Origin: Aquifex aeolicus VF5
Lineage (GTDB): Bacteria > Aquificota > Aquificia > Aquificales > Aquificaceae
Length of the DNA: 32,000 nt
Direction of reading: 5' to 3'
NCBI RefSeq assembly: GCF_000008625.1
Contig: NC_000918.1
Coordinates: 900,001 to 932,000, forward strand
Shown: positions 1-9,169 of the stretch, one piece after another
How positions within the stretch are numbered: position 1 is the stretch's first letter
Layout of the letters: each line of letters begins with the position of its first letter
Position numbers and translations under genes: made by a program
The notes under the pieces: generated by a model
Told to the model about the DNA's origin: nothing
Database searches by the model: none
The model's input: only the letters and a program-made list of their open reading frames with translations

Positions 1-560
1 TTAAAAAACTCAAAGACCCCAGAATTGAAAAGGCTTACTGGATTATAGGCTGGAGGGTTCCAGCTATTGGAAAGACTGATTACAAAGGGCTTCTGGTTTT
101 CAGTGAAATCCTCTGTGGAGGAAGGATTTCTGTATTCTACAGGGAGCTGAGGGAAAAGGGACTCGTTTACTCGTACTCCTGCGGAGACATGGGTAGACCT
201 AGGGATAATATCTTCATTATAACGGCTACTTTCCCTCCCGAAAACTATGAAAAAGTCAAGAAGAGGGTGTTTGAACTTCTTAAGGAAACTTACGAGAACT
301 TAACCGATGAGCAGGTGGAAGAGGCAAAGAGCAGGATAATAAACTCAAGGCTCTTTGAAGAGGAGAGAGTTGAAAACGATGCCTTTGATATAGGCTACTC
401 CTACACTGTCGTGAGGGATCTGGACTTTTACAGGTTCTTTGATAAGAACCTGAGCAGGGTAAGAAGAGTGGACGTTATGAGGATATTCGAAAGGTACATA
501 AAGGAGGATAAGTACTCGGAAATCCTTATGGTGCCTGAAGATGGAAATAAAGCCGAGTGA
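1..560 (+). CDS. M16-family zinc peptidase (processing-protease-like), C-terminal part; the 5' end lies outside the window
   Basis: Frame 3 is open from base 3 (KKLKDPRIEKAYWIIGWRVPAIGKTDYKG...) to the TGA at 558-560. The tracked ORF 189..560 is only the Met-initiated tail. The sequence resembles the non-catalytic C-terminal M16 domain (family recalled from memory). Confidence 0.7.
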   Translation, partial: KKLKDPRIEKAYWIIGWRVPAIGKTDYKGLLVFSEILCGGRISVFYRELREKGLVYSYSCGDMGRPRDNIFIITATFPPENYEKVKKRVFELLKETYENLTDEQVEEAKSRIINSRLFEEERVENDAFDIGYSYTVVRDLDFYRFFDKNLSRVRRVDVMRIFERYIKEDKYSEILMVPEDGNKAE

Positions 561-569
561 TGTAAAGGC

Positions 570-899
570 TCAAACTTCCATCTTCTTTGCGTCCGCCCAT
601 ATCCACTCAAGTCCATAGTACTCCCTAGTTTCGGGCGTGAATATGTGGACTATCGTGTCTATCAAGTCTATTAATATCCAGTGCCCATAATCCTTTCCTT
701 CTATGTGGTCTATTTCTATGCCTCTCTTTTCGAGTTCTTCTTCGAGGTAATCCGCTAAAGCCCTTGCGTGAGTTGTGGAGTTTGCGGTGGCTATAACGAA
801 ATAATCCGCGAGGTTGGTGAGCTTGGAAACGTCAAGTATTACTATGTCTTCCGCTTTTTTGTTCTCAAGAAGTTCCTTTATTAACTTTAGCTTTTCCAT
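570..899 (-). CDS. rsfS: Ribosomal silencing factor RsfS (iojap-like)
   Basis: 109 aa. The DIVILDVSKLTNLADYFVIATANSTTHARALADYL and WILIDLIDTIVHIFTPETREYYGLE blocks are typical RsfS/iojap. Overlaps the upstream bamD stop by 13 nt. Confidence 0.9.
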   Translation of the reverse strand: MEKLKLIKELLENKKAEDIVILDVSKLTNLADYFVIATANSTTHARALADYLEEELEKRGIEIDHIEGKDYGHWILIDLIDTIVHIFTPETREYYGLEWIWADAKKMEV

Positions 900-1828
900 T
901 TTTTCATTAATTTTAGCAGTTCCTTGTAGTAGGCGTTTTCTCCGTAAACTTCCCTGTAACGCTGGAGTGCCCTTTCTGCCTCCTTAAAGGCCTCCTCTTT
1001 AATCTTTTCCCAGCGTTTTACCTCTCCTTCGAGGAACTTTATCCTGTTTTCAATAGCTTTCTTCTCTTCAGGACTTTTAACCTCTTCAAGTTTTTCTTTA
1101 GCCTCCTCTATGAAATCTTCCAGCTTTTCCCTTTCCCTTTTTACCTGCTTTGGCGTGAGGAGGAGATTTTTTATGTACTTGTAGGCGAGCCTCTCTTCGG
1201 AAAAGTACTCGGGGAAGTTTATGAGAACTTCCCTGTACCTAATTGCTGCGTTGTAAGGGTATCCGTACTCCTCGTAAAACTTCGCTATGTAGTACTCGTG
1301 GTAGGCAAGTTTTTTGTTCGCCTCTTCAATTACTTCTTCTACCTTTCTCGTGAACCTGCTGTCAGGATACTTTGCGAGGAATTCCTTGGCCTTCCTTATA
1401 GCTTCAACCGTGTACGTTTGATCCCTGTAAGGGTCTGGGGCTACTTTTACTAGACTGTCAACGAGTATGTAAAATACTTCTTCCGCTTCCTTACTTCCCG
1501 GGTAATTCGCCAGAAAATCTTCCGCGTAAACTACCGCATCTACGTAATCCTTGTCCTTGTATGCTGATTTCACGAGGAGGTACTTCACCTTTTTGATCTG
1601 TTCAGGTGTCAGGTGTTCCAGGTAGTTAAGGGCTTTTTCAAAGTTACTCTTGGCGTCTCCGTAATCTCCCTTCCTATACTCACTCAGTCCCTTTTCGTAG
1701 AATTCTTTTGCGTATCCCGCCCTCCTTGCTTCCGATTTTGGGGCACAGGCGTTTATCAGTAGTAGTCCGAGTAGGAGAGCTGAAAGTAGTCGGAACGTTC
1801 TTCCCATACCTCTTTTATGGTAATCCAA
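887..1828 (-). CDS. bamD: Outer membrane protein assembly factor BamD-like TPR lipoprotein (TTG at 1828; alternative ATG at 1807)
   Basis: Signal peptide with a lipobox-like LLINAC. TPR-like helices (YEKGLSEYRKGDYGDAKSNFEKAL; FLANYPGS; FLAKYPDSRFT; LAYHEYYIAKFYEEYG; LINFPE) match the BamD/YfiO pattern. Carries a long Lys/Glu-rich C-terminal extension. Confidence 0.75.
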   Translation of the reverse strand: MDYHKRGMGRTFRLLSALLLGLLLINACAPKSEARRAGYAKEFYEKGLSEYRKGDYGDAKSNFEKALNYLEHLTPEQIKKVKYLLVKSAYKDKDYVDAVVYAEDFLANYPGSKEAEEVFYILVDSLVKVAPDPYRDQTYTVEAIRKAKEFLAKYPDSRFTRKVEEVIEEANKKLAYHEYYIAKFYEEYGYPYNAAIRYREVLINFPEYFSEERLAYKYIKNLLLTPKQVKREREKLEDFIEEAKEKLEEVKSPEEKKAIENRIKFLEGEVKRWEKIKEEAFKEAERALQRYREVYGENAYYKELLKLMKKWKS

Positions 1829-3132
1829 TCCTTCAAATTTTTCTCGTTAATAAATTCTTCTACGGTTTTAGCTACGCTCGGGTGTACTTTAAGAACTATC
1901 TTTTTGCCTCTGGTCTTCTCAAGAGCCTTTTCCAAGGTGTGGAGTATGAACTCTTTACTCTTCACAAAGCCTTTGCCCTGACAGTGGGGACACGTTTCCC
2001 CTATGACTTCGTATATGCTTTCGGATTCCCACTTCTTCGTCATCTCAAGAAGTCCCAGCTTCGTTATTCCGTATATCTTTATCCTGAGACCTTCTCCCTC
2101 AAAGATCTTCTTAACTTCAGAAAGCAAAGATTCCTTTGTCTTTTCCTTTTTCATATCTATGAGATCCACTATTATTATCCCCGAGAGATTTCTGAACTTA
2201 ATCTGCTTTGCCACCTCCTTTAAGGCTTCCAAATTCACGTTGTAAGCCGTTTCCTCAAGGGACTTACCGCAGGTCTCCCCGCTGTTTACGTCTATAGACG
2301 TTAAGGCTTCTGTCTGTTCTATCACTATAAAACCGCCGTTCTTGAGCCAAACGGTTTTCGAAGTGAGTTTATCTATCAATTGATTTAACGTTATTCCTCC
2401 AGGAAGCGTGTCTATCGTGTTCACGTACCTGAGTTTGTGCTTTATGGAGTCTCCGAAAAACTCTACTATCTCTCCCCATACGTCTCCGTTGTCCACGTAA
2501 ATGTTCTTTATAAATCCCCAGTAATCGAGAATAGTTTTTATAAACTGGGGCTGACCCTCTTCCAGAATTCCCTTGTTGACTTTCTTAGCCTTTTCCTTCA
2601 AGCTTTCCCACTTGTTTCTGAGTTCCTGAAGTTCCTTTAAGATTTGTTCCTTCGTTGCGCTTATAGCTGAAGCCCTGATTATTACGCCTTCTCTGTCATT
2701 GAGTTCTTCTTTCAGGATTTTTTTTAAATCCTCCGTGAAGGCAAAGCCTTTGAGTTTCTTTGAAAAGTTGAGTTTCTTCGTCTCGGGGAAGTAAACGATG
2801 TACTTTCCGGGGATTGATACCTTACAGGTTACCTTTGCACCTTTTAGATCCCTTTCCTTCCTCTTTAACTGCACGATCACGCTGTCTCCTATTCTCAAAT
2901 TCTTGCAGTTCTTCTTTTCCTGAAGGAGGGCTTCTTTTGTAAGTCCAACGTCAAGGAAGAAACCGTCAAGGGCGGGACATTCCTTCTTCACAAGTCCCTT
3001 TAAAAAAGCCCCCGTCCTGTACTTTTCCTTTCGCCTCTCTACCTTGAAGTCCTTTAGCTCCGTTCCAAGAAAGACGAGCGTAAAGGCAAAGAAGCTGCTA
3101 GCGGATATAAAGATTTCTACGTCGCCCAGCAC
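1756..3132 (-). CDS. rng: Ribonuclease G/E family endoribonuclease (GTG start)
   Basis: 458 aa. S1-like N-terminal region (FLKGLVKKECPALDGFFLDVGLTKEALL). Catalytic-core motifs TEALTSIDVNSG and GIIIVDLIDM, and a CPHCQGKG zinc-link-like motif. Confidence 0.85.
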   Translation of the reverse strand: MLGDVEIFISASSFFAFTLVFLGTELKDFKVERRKEKYRTGAFLKGLVKKECPALDGFFLDVGLTKEALLQEKKNCKNLRIGDSVIVQLKRKERDLKGAKVTCKVSIPGKYIVYFPETKKLNFSKKLKGFAFTEDLKKILKEELNDREGVIIRASAISATKEQILKELQELRNKWESLKEKAKKVNKGILEEGQPQFIKTILDYWGFIKNIYVDNGDVWGEIVEFFGDSIKHKLRYVNTIDTLPGGITLNQLIDKLTSKTVWLKNGGFIVIEQTEALTSIDVNSGETCGKSLEETAYNVNLEALKEVAKQIKFRNLSGIIIVDLIDMKKEKTKESLLSEVKKIFEGEGLRIKIYGITKLGLLEMTKKWESESIYEVIGETCPHCQGKGFVKSKEFILHTLEKALEKTRGKKIVLKVHPSVAKTVEEFINEKNLKDWITIKEVWEERSDYFQLSYSDYY

Positions 3133-3140
3133 GCTAAATT

Positions 3141-3146
3141 ATTTTA
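3141..3146 (-). promoter_or_regulatory. -10-like TAAAAT, 8 nt upstream of the rng GTG (candidate leaderless promoter)
   Basis: Plus strand atttta at 3141-3146. The spacer 3133-3140 contains no SD. Confidence 0.35.
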
Positions 3147-3150
3147 AACT
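3145..3150 (+). promoter_or_regulatory. -10-like TAAACT, 10 nt upstream of the lpxI GTG 3161
   Basis: taaact at 3145-3150. The spacer ttttaaatcg contains no SD. Overlaps the rng -10 back to back. Confidence 0.3.
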
Positions 3151-3160
3151 TTTTAAATCG

Positions 3161-3961
3161 GTGAAAGAGAAAATAGGACTTATAGCTGGAAAGGGAAAAC
3201 TTCCCTTAGAGTTCAAAAAGAGTGCTGTTCAAAAAGGTTATGAAGTCATTACGATAGGTGTTGAGGGGATAACGGACTTCGAGTGCGATTACAAAGTTTC
3301 CTTCGGAAAGGTTGGAAAGCTGATAAAACTCCTTGAAAAGGAAGAGGCGTATTCCCTCGTTATGCTGGGCAAGTTCGAACACAAACTCGCACTGACGGAC
3401 CTTTTTCACTTTGACTTAACGGGAATTCAGATACTCTCAAGAGCAAAAGACAAAAGACCTGAAACCTTGATAAAGACCTTTATGGATTACATGGAAAAGA
3501 GGGGATTTAAATTTATAGACCCGAAGCCTTTCTTGGAAGGTATATTGGCAGAAAAAGGACCTATGACTAAAAAAGAACCGGACAATAAAACCCTTGAGGA
3601 GGCCCTGTGGGCTTTTGAGATTGCAAAGACAATAGCCTCCCTGGACGTGGGGCAAACGATTGTTGTGAAGGATAAGGCTGTCGTGGCCGTAGAGGCCATG
3701 GAGGGAACTCAGGAAACCATAAGGAGGGGAGGAAAAATAGCTGGAAAGGGATGCACGGTTATAAAAGTTGCAAGAAGGAATCAGGACTACAGAATAGACG
3801 TCCCAACGGTGGGGGAGGATACCCTGAGGGTTATGAAGGAAGTAGGGGCAAAAGCCCTCTTTTTGGAGGAGGGAAAGGTGTTTATAGTGGATAAAGAGAA
3901 CTTTTTAAAGGAAGCGGACAGACTGGGTATATGCGTTTACGGAATTCAGAGTAAGGAGTAG
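3161..3961 (+). CDS. lpxI: UDP-2,3-diacylglucosamine pyrophosphatase LpxI (DUF1009 family); start taken as GTG 3161, not the tracked ATG 3044
   Basis: From GTG 3161 the protein begins MKEKIGLIAGKGKLPLEF, the typical LpxI N-terminus. The C-terminal LDVGQTIVVKDKAVVAVEAMEGTQETIRRGG and DVPTVGEDTL blocks fit. The tracked 39-codon N-extension runs antisense through the rng 5' end. Confidence 0.8.
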   Translation: MKEKIGLIAGKGKLPLEFKKSAVQKGYEVITIGVEGITDFECDYKVSFGKVGKLIKLLEKEEAYSLVMLGKFEHKLALTDLFHFDLTGIQILSRAKDKRPETLIKTFMDYMEKRGFKFIDPKPFLEGILAEKGPMTKKEPDNKTLEEALWAFEIAKTIASLDVGQTIVVKDKAVVAVEAMEGTQETIRRGGKIAGKGCTVIKVARRNQDYRIDVPTVGEDTLRVMKEVGAKALFLEEGKVFIVDKENFLKEADRLGICVYGIQSKE

Positions 3962-4518
3962 AACTCCCTCACAAAGGCTTCCTCTGCGTCCTCTATCGCT
4001 TTTAGTTTTATAAAGTCCGGTTTTGGTAGCTTCTCGGATTTGTAGCCCTTTTCGTCACAGTAACGCTTGTAAAATCCACCTTTGTAAACTTTAGCGAAGA
4101 GAACTTCTTTACTTTTTGCGTTCATGACGTTAAAGAGTACGTCAGCGGTTGCTTGCCTCTCAACGCAGAAGTACGTAATGTCCATATCCTCTTCTTTCGT
4201 TTTGTATCTTTTCTCTTCGTACCTTAATTTCTTGAGTTCCATACTTATTACTAAATCGGCGTTACTCCCTTCCGTAAGTTGTAACTTTCCCTCCTTTTTC
4301 ATTACCTTGAGTTTTAGCTTTACGTCGGGAGGCGGATTGAGAAGTTTGTCTTTTAGATTTCTAAGTGCCACCTTCTGGATTGCGAGGTTGTGGGAGGGAT
4401 TTCTTACAAGTTCTACCCTTGCCCTTACGGTATCTTTACCTAAAATTTCTCTAAAGGTAGCCTTCTGGGCACAGGAGAGTGTGAGGAGAATTATTAAAAT
4501 TGATAATACCCTTAACAT
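3946..4518 (-). CDS. Hypothetical lipoprotein (ATG 4518; the tracked TTG 4524 is 2 codons upstream)
   Basis: MLRVLSILIILLTLSCAQK has a signal peptide plus a lipobox (LTLSC). Codon and amino-acid usage match the neighbours. I recognise no family confidently. The 3' end overlaps the lpxI 3' end by 16 nt (convergent). Confidence 0.65.
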   Translation of the reverse strand: MLRVLSILIILLTLSCAQKATFREILGKDTVRARVELVRNPSHNLAIQKVALRNLKDKLLNPPPDVKLKLKVMKKEGKLQLTEGSNADLVISMELKKLRYEEKRYKTKEEDMDITYFCVERQATADVLFNVMNAKSKEVLFAKVYKGGFYKRYCDEKGYKSEKLPKPDFIKLKAIEDAEEAFVREFYSLL

Positions 4519-4525
4519 ATCCAAT

Positions 4526-4531
4526 ATTTTA
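4526..4531 (-). promoter_or_regulatory. -10-like TAAAAT, 7 nt upstream of the lipoprotein ATG 4518
   Basis: Plus strand atttta at 4526-4531. The 7-nt spacer contains no SD. Confidence 0.35.
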
Positions 4532-4542
4532 TCAGAGAGGAA

Positions 4543-4548
4543 TATAAT
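4543..4548 (+). promoter_or_regulatory. Consensus -10 TATAAT, 8 nt upstream of the hemA ATG 4557
   Basis: tataat at 4543-4548. The spacer taaccttg contains no SD. Confidence 0.4.
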
Positions 4549-4556
4549 TAACCTTG

Positions 4557-5777
4557 ATGGGCGAAATATTCGTGGCGGGTGTAAACTTCAAGGTAGCACC
4601 CGTAGAGGTAAGGGAAAAACTCGCTTGCTCTCTGGAAGAAACTAAAAAGGTCTTACCGATTTTAAAGAGGGAAACTCCATTAGAAGAAGTCATGCTCCTC
4701 TCAACGTGCAACAGGGTTGAGGTTTACGCCTATAATTTCGTGGAAAACTCCGAAGATCTAATAAATAAACTTTTAGAGATAAAAAGGTTAAATCCAAGCT
4801 TTAAAAGGTACTTTTTTGTAAAAAGGGGAGAAGAAGCGGTTTACCACATCTTCAAAGTGGCCTCAAGCCTAGACTCCATGGTTATCGGAGAGCCTCAAAT
4901 AGTCGCCCAGTTTAAGGAAGCGTACAGAGTTGCAAAGGAAGCTGGAACCGTCGGAAAGATTTTAAACAGGGTTTACGAGAAAGCTTTAAGGGCTTCCAAA
5001 AGGGTTAGGACGGAAACGGGAATAAGCAGGAGTGCGGTATCCGTAAGTTACGCGGCTGTAGAACTCGCAAAGAAAATTTTCGGAGACTTGAAGGAGGCAA
5101 AGGTTCTTTTAATCGGTGCAGGCGAGATGGGGGAACTCGCTGCAAACTACCTCAGACGCTTTGGAGCAAAACTCCACATAACAAACAGAACCTACGAAAG
5201 GGCTCTTAAACTCGTCAAGGAACTCAGCGGTAATGTTCTGAGATTTGAAGAACTAAAGGAGTACCTTCCCCTGATGGACATCGTTATCGTCTCAACGGGG
5301 GCAAAAGATTACATACTCAAAAGAGAGGATTTTGAACGCTCCGTAAGGGAAAGGCATTACGAACCTCAGTTCGTTATAGACATAGCCGTCCCGAGAAACG
5401 TTGATCCTGAAGCGGGAAATGTGGAAGGTGTATTCCTTTACGACATAGACGACCTCAAACAGGTAGTGGAAGAAAACTTAAAGGAGAGGATAAAGGAAGC
5501 CCAGAGGGGTGAGATAATCCTCTGGGACGAAGTTAAGAAGTTCATGAACTGGTACGAGTCTTTAAAGGCCGAACCCTACATTCTGGAACTAAAAGCAAGT
5601 GTTGAAGGGAAAGAGGTAAGTCCTTACATTAAAAAATTGGTGCACAGGGCTATTAAGGAAATCAAAAGAAATCCCGAAGTTGCGGATATAATCTTAAGGA
5701 TATTCAAGGAGGTAGAGAAGAATGAACCCAGAAGAAAGGAATTATCCAATGTCTATAACGGAACTCATGGAGCTTGA
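4557..5777 (+). CDS. hemA: Glutamyl-tRNA reductase
   Basis: LSTCNRVEVY active-site motif, SLDSMVIGEPQI, and the GAGEMG NADPH-binding motif. ATG at 4557 is preferred over the adjacent TTG at 4554. Confidence 0.95.
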   Translation: MGEIFVAGVNFKVAPVEVREKLACSLEETKKVLPILKRETPLEEVMLLSTCNRVEVYAYNFVENSEDLINKLLEIKRLNPSFKRYFFVKRGEEAVYHIFKVASSLDSMVIGEPQIVAQFKEAYRVAKEAGTVGKILNRVYEKALRASKRVRTETGISRSAVSVSYAAVELAKKIFGDLKEAKVLLIGAGEMGELAANYLRRFGAKLHITNRTYERALKLVKELSGNVLRFEELKEYLPLMDIVIVSTGAKDYILKREDFERSVRERHYEPQFVIDIAVPRNVDPEAGNVEGVFLYDIDDLKQVVEENLKERIKEAQRGEIILWDEVKKFMNWYESLKAEPYILELKASVEGKEVSPYIKKLVHRAIKEIKRNPEVADIILRIFKEVEKNEPRRKELSNVYNGTHGA

Positions 5778-6017
5778 GTCAGAGTATGCTATAAGGGCGT
5801 ACATACTAATAAAAGCTGATCCGAGGGAAATTCCCTCAATAATGCTTGCCCTTTCCACTTTTGAGGGCGTAAAGACCGCGGACGTGGTGACAGGACCCTA
5901 CGACATAATCGTTTTCGTGGAAGTTCCAAATCAGGACGAACTAGGAAGGCTCGTTATAAACAAGATCCACTCCTTGGAAGGTGTTAAAGAAGCTATAACC
6001 TGCGTAGTTGTAAGGAT

Positions 6018-6021
<4 letters not shown>
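5722..6021 (+). CDS. Stand-alone Lrp/AsnC-type ligand-binding (RAM) domain protein without an HTH
   Basis: 99 aa. AYILIKADPRE...VKTADVVTGPYDIIVFVEVPNQDELGRLVINKIHSLEGVKEAITCVV shows the beta-alpha-beta-beta-alpha-beta RAM pattern. A strong SD (AAGGAGGT) lies 8 nt upstream of ATG 5722. Overlaps the hemA 3' end by 56 nt. Confidence 0.7.
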
Positions 6022-7440
<1,419 letters not shown>

Positions 7441-7489
7441 ACTTAACTTCTTAGGGGCAGAAAATAAAAGTGGAGATAAAAGAAAGGGA

Positions 7490-7924
7490 TTAGGCAAGTT
7501 TTATCTTCTTTTCCTTTTCTACGTGAACCTTGGGTATCCTTATTTCAAGGACTCCATTTTCGTACTTAGCCTCTGCCTTTTCGGGGTCAACTTCTACGGG
7601 CAGGGGTATTACTCTTTCTATAACTCCGTAGAACCTTTCAGCCCTTATAATGTTCTCAGTCTTTTCTTCCTTTTCCTCTTTCCTTTCGGCCCTTACGTGT
7701 ACTGCGTTTTCCTTTACGGTTATTTCTATGTCTTCCTTCTTAACGCCGGGAAGATCCATCTTAATAACTACTTCCTTGTCCGTTTCGTATACTTCAACGG
7801 GAGGAACTAAGGTTTCCTGTTCAGCCCTTCTCGGTACAAATTCTTCCAAGAGTCTTTCAAAATCCCTTCTGAGTCTTTCTACTTCTTCAAAAGGTCTCCA
7901 AACTATCATGCTTCTCCTGTCCAT
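7490..7924 (-). CDS. Small heat-shock protein, Hsp20/alpha-crystallin family (ATG 7924; the tracked TTG 7945 is unlikely)
   Basis: Alpha-crystallin domain (PPVEVYETDKEVVIKMDLPGVKKEDIEITVKENAVHVRAERK...AKYENGVLEIRIPK). The SD AGGAGGTG lies 6 nt upstream of ATG 7924. Confidence 0.93.
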   Translation of the reverse strand: MDRRSMIVWRPFEEVERLRRDFERLLEEFVPRRAEQETLVPPVEVYETDKEVVIKMDLPGVKKEDIEITVKENAVHVRAERKEEKEEKTENIIRAERFYGVIERVIPLPVEVDPEKAEAKYENGVLEIRIPKVHVEKEKKIKLA

Positions 7925-7959
7925 GGTTCCCACCTCCTTTAACAATTTTTCTTACATTA

Positions 7960-7995
7960 AACTTAAGTCTATCTTTATAAAATGTCAAGACTTAA
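7960..7995 (-). promoter_or_regulatory. hsp20 promoter (TTGACA-17 nt-TAAGTT) bracketed by the 8-bp inverted repeat TTAAGTCT-N17-AGACTTAA
   Basis: On the minus strand, TTGACA is at 7988-7983 and TAAGTT at 7965-7960. The plus-strand arms are ttaagtct at 7963-7970 and agacttaa at 7988-7995. Confidence 0.45.
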
Positions 7996-9169
7996 ATCCC
8001 ATACTGATTTCCGTAAGGGGCAGTATTACGCTGAAGGCTATTATCCCGACGGTTATACCTATCACTAGTATTGCTAGAGGTTCAACTAATCTGAGCCAGA
8101 AGCTTATCAGCCTATCCGACTGCTTTTCGTAAACCTGAGCGAGCAAGTTTAAAGTTTTTTCAAGCTCACCGCTCACCTCCCCCGTCTCTACAAGATTCAC
8201 AAAGAGTTCCGGAAGGACGTTTTCCCTTGAGAGGAGTGCGGAAAAACTCTTTCCTTTTTCTACCTCGCTCACCAAACTTTCCAGCTTCTTCCTCAAGTAC
8301 ACGTTGCTTACACTCTTTACCGCTATGGAAAGGGCGGTGCTCAGGGGAACGGAAGCCTCAAGGAGCATGGAAAGAGTTCTCGAAAAACGTGAAAGGTTAA
8401 AGTATAAATTCAATTTTCCGATAACCGGGATTTTCAGCGTTAAGTAATCGAGCCTTTCCCTTGAGAATATCTTTTCCCTGAACTGGAAAATTAAGAGAAT
8501 TAATGGAAGGAGTAATAAGAAAAGAGTCAACACGTCCGAAAAAAGTATCACGAGTTTGGTTATCAGGGGAAGTTCCTTTCCGAAGCCTTCGAGGACTTTT
8601 GCGATCCTAGGGACTACGAACTTGACCGCTACGAAGAGGGAAAGGAAACTGAAAGTAATGACGAAGGCGGGGTACGTTATAGAGGTTATTACCTTGTTCT
8701 TGAACTCCGCTACTTTTTGAAGGTACTCGCCTGCCACCTGAAAGACGTACTCTAAGTTCTCACCTCTCTGGACGCCCGTGAGCATCTCCGTTAAGAACTC
8801 CGGAAAGACTCCTGTTCTCTTGAAGGCTTCCGCGAGGCTGTAGCCTTTTTCTACGTACTCCTTTACCTGGAAAAAAGCGTTCTTGAGGTTTTCGTTCTCG
8901 GTCTGTGAGGACACGAGCTCGAGGGCACGGGTGAGGGGGATGCCCGATGAGAGGAGCAGGGAAAGTTGAATGAGGGAAAAGCCGAGTTCTTCTTCACCGA
9001 CCCTTTTCTTGAAAAACTTAAAACTTAACTTTTTCTTCTCCTCGTGTATGGATATTGGCTTTACTCCTTCGGAAATAAGTTTTTTAAAGGCTTCGACCTC
9101 GTCCCTTGCCCTTACCTTACCGCTTAACTTCCTGCCTTCTTTGTATCCCTCGTAAACGAACTCCTTCAT
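7985..9169 (-). CDS. gspF: Type II secretion / type IV pilus platform protein, GspF/PilC family
   Basis: 394 aa. Duplicated T2SS-F domain (two copies of the ...G.sL.eAf/al.....fP..f..mv..GE.sG.L... pattern: GYSLAEAFKRTGVFPEFLTEMLTGVQRGENLE and GKSFSALLSRENVLPELFVNLVETGEVSGELE). Three TM segments. Confidence 0.9.
   Translation of the reverse strand: MKEFVYEGYKEGRKLSGKVRARDEVEAFKKLISEGVKPISIHEEKKKLSFKFFKKRVGEEELGFSLIQLSLLLSSGIPLTRALELVSSQTENENLKNAFFQVKEYVEKGYSLAEAFKRTGVFPEFLTEMLTGVQRGENLEYVFQVAGEYLQKVAEFKNKVITSITYPAFVITFSFLSLFVAVKFVVPRIAKVLEGFGKELPLITKLVILFSDVLTLFLLLLPLILLIFQFREKIFSRERLDYLTLKIPVIGKLNLYFNLSRFSRTLSMLLEASVPLSTALSIAVKSVSNVYLRKKLESLVSEVEKGKSFSALLSRENVLPELFVNLVETGEVSGELEKTLNLLAQVYEKQSDRLISFWLRLVEPLAILVIGITVGIIAFSVILPLTEISMGFKS

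Noticed and set aside
1708-2223. Long plus-strand ORFs (171 aa at 1708-2223, 80 aa at 2003-2245) antisense to rng. Similar long antisense ORFs occur at 4124-4645, 7650-8132, 19008-19484, 20051-20377 and 26016-26417.
   Set aside because: Each lies entirely inside a well-supported gene on the other strand. Their products are Leu/Phe/Ser-rich low-complexity sequences, as expected from the complement of GAA/AAG/GAG-rich coding DNA. They have no SD, promoter or recognisable motif.
5749-5769. Alternative downstream ATG starts (5749, 5767) for the RAM-domain gene, which would shorten the overlap with hemA
   Set aside because: Only ATG 5722 has a strong, correctly spaced SD (AAGGAGGT, 8 nt). The downstream ATGs have weak or no SD. 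They remain possible, but 5722 is the better-supported call.
7946-7984. Known heat-shock operators upstream of hsp20 and clpC: CIRCE (TTAGCACTC-N9-GAGTGCTAA), HAIR (CTTGAGT-N7-ACTCAAG) and CtsR direct repeats (GGTCAAA)
   Set aside because: None of these consensus sequences, as I remember them, is present in 7946-7995 or 17907-18002. Only the different inverted repeat reported in the findings is there.
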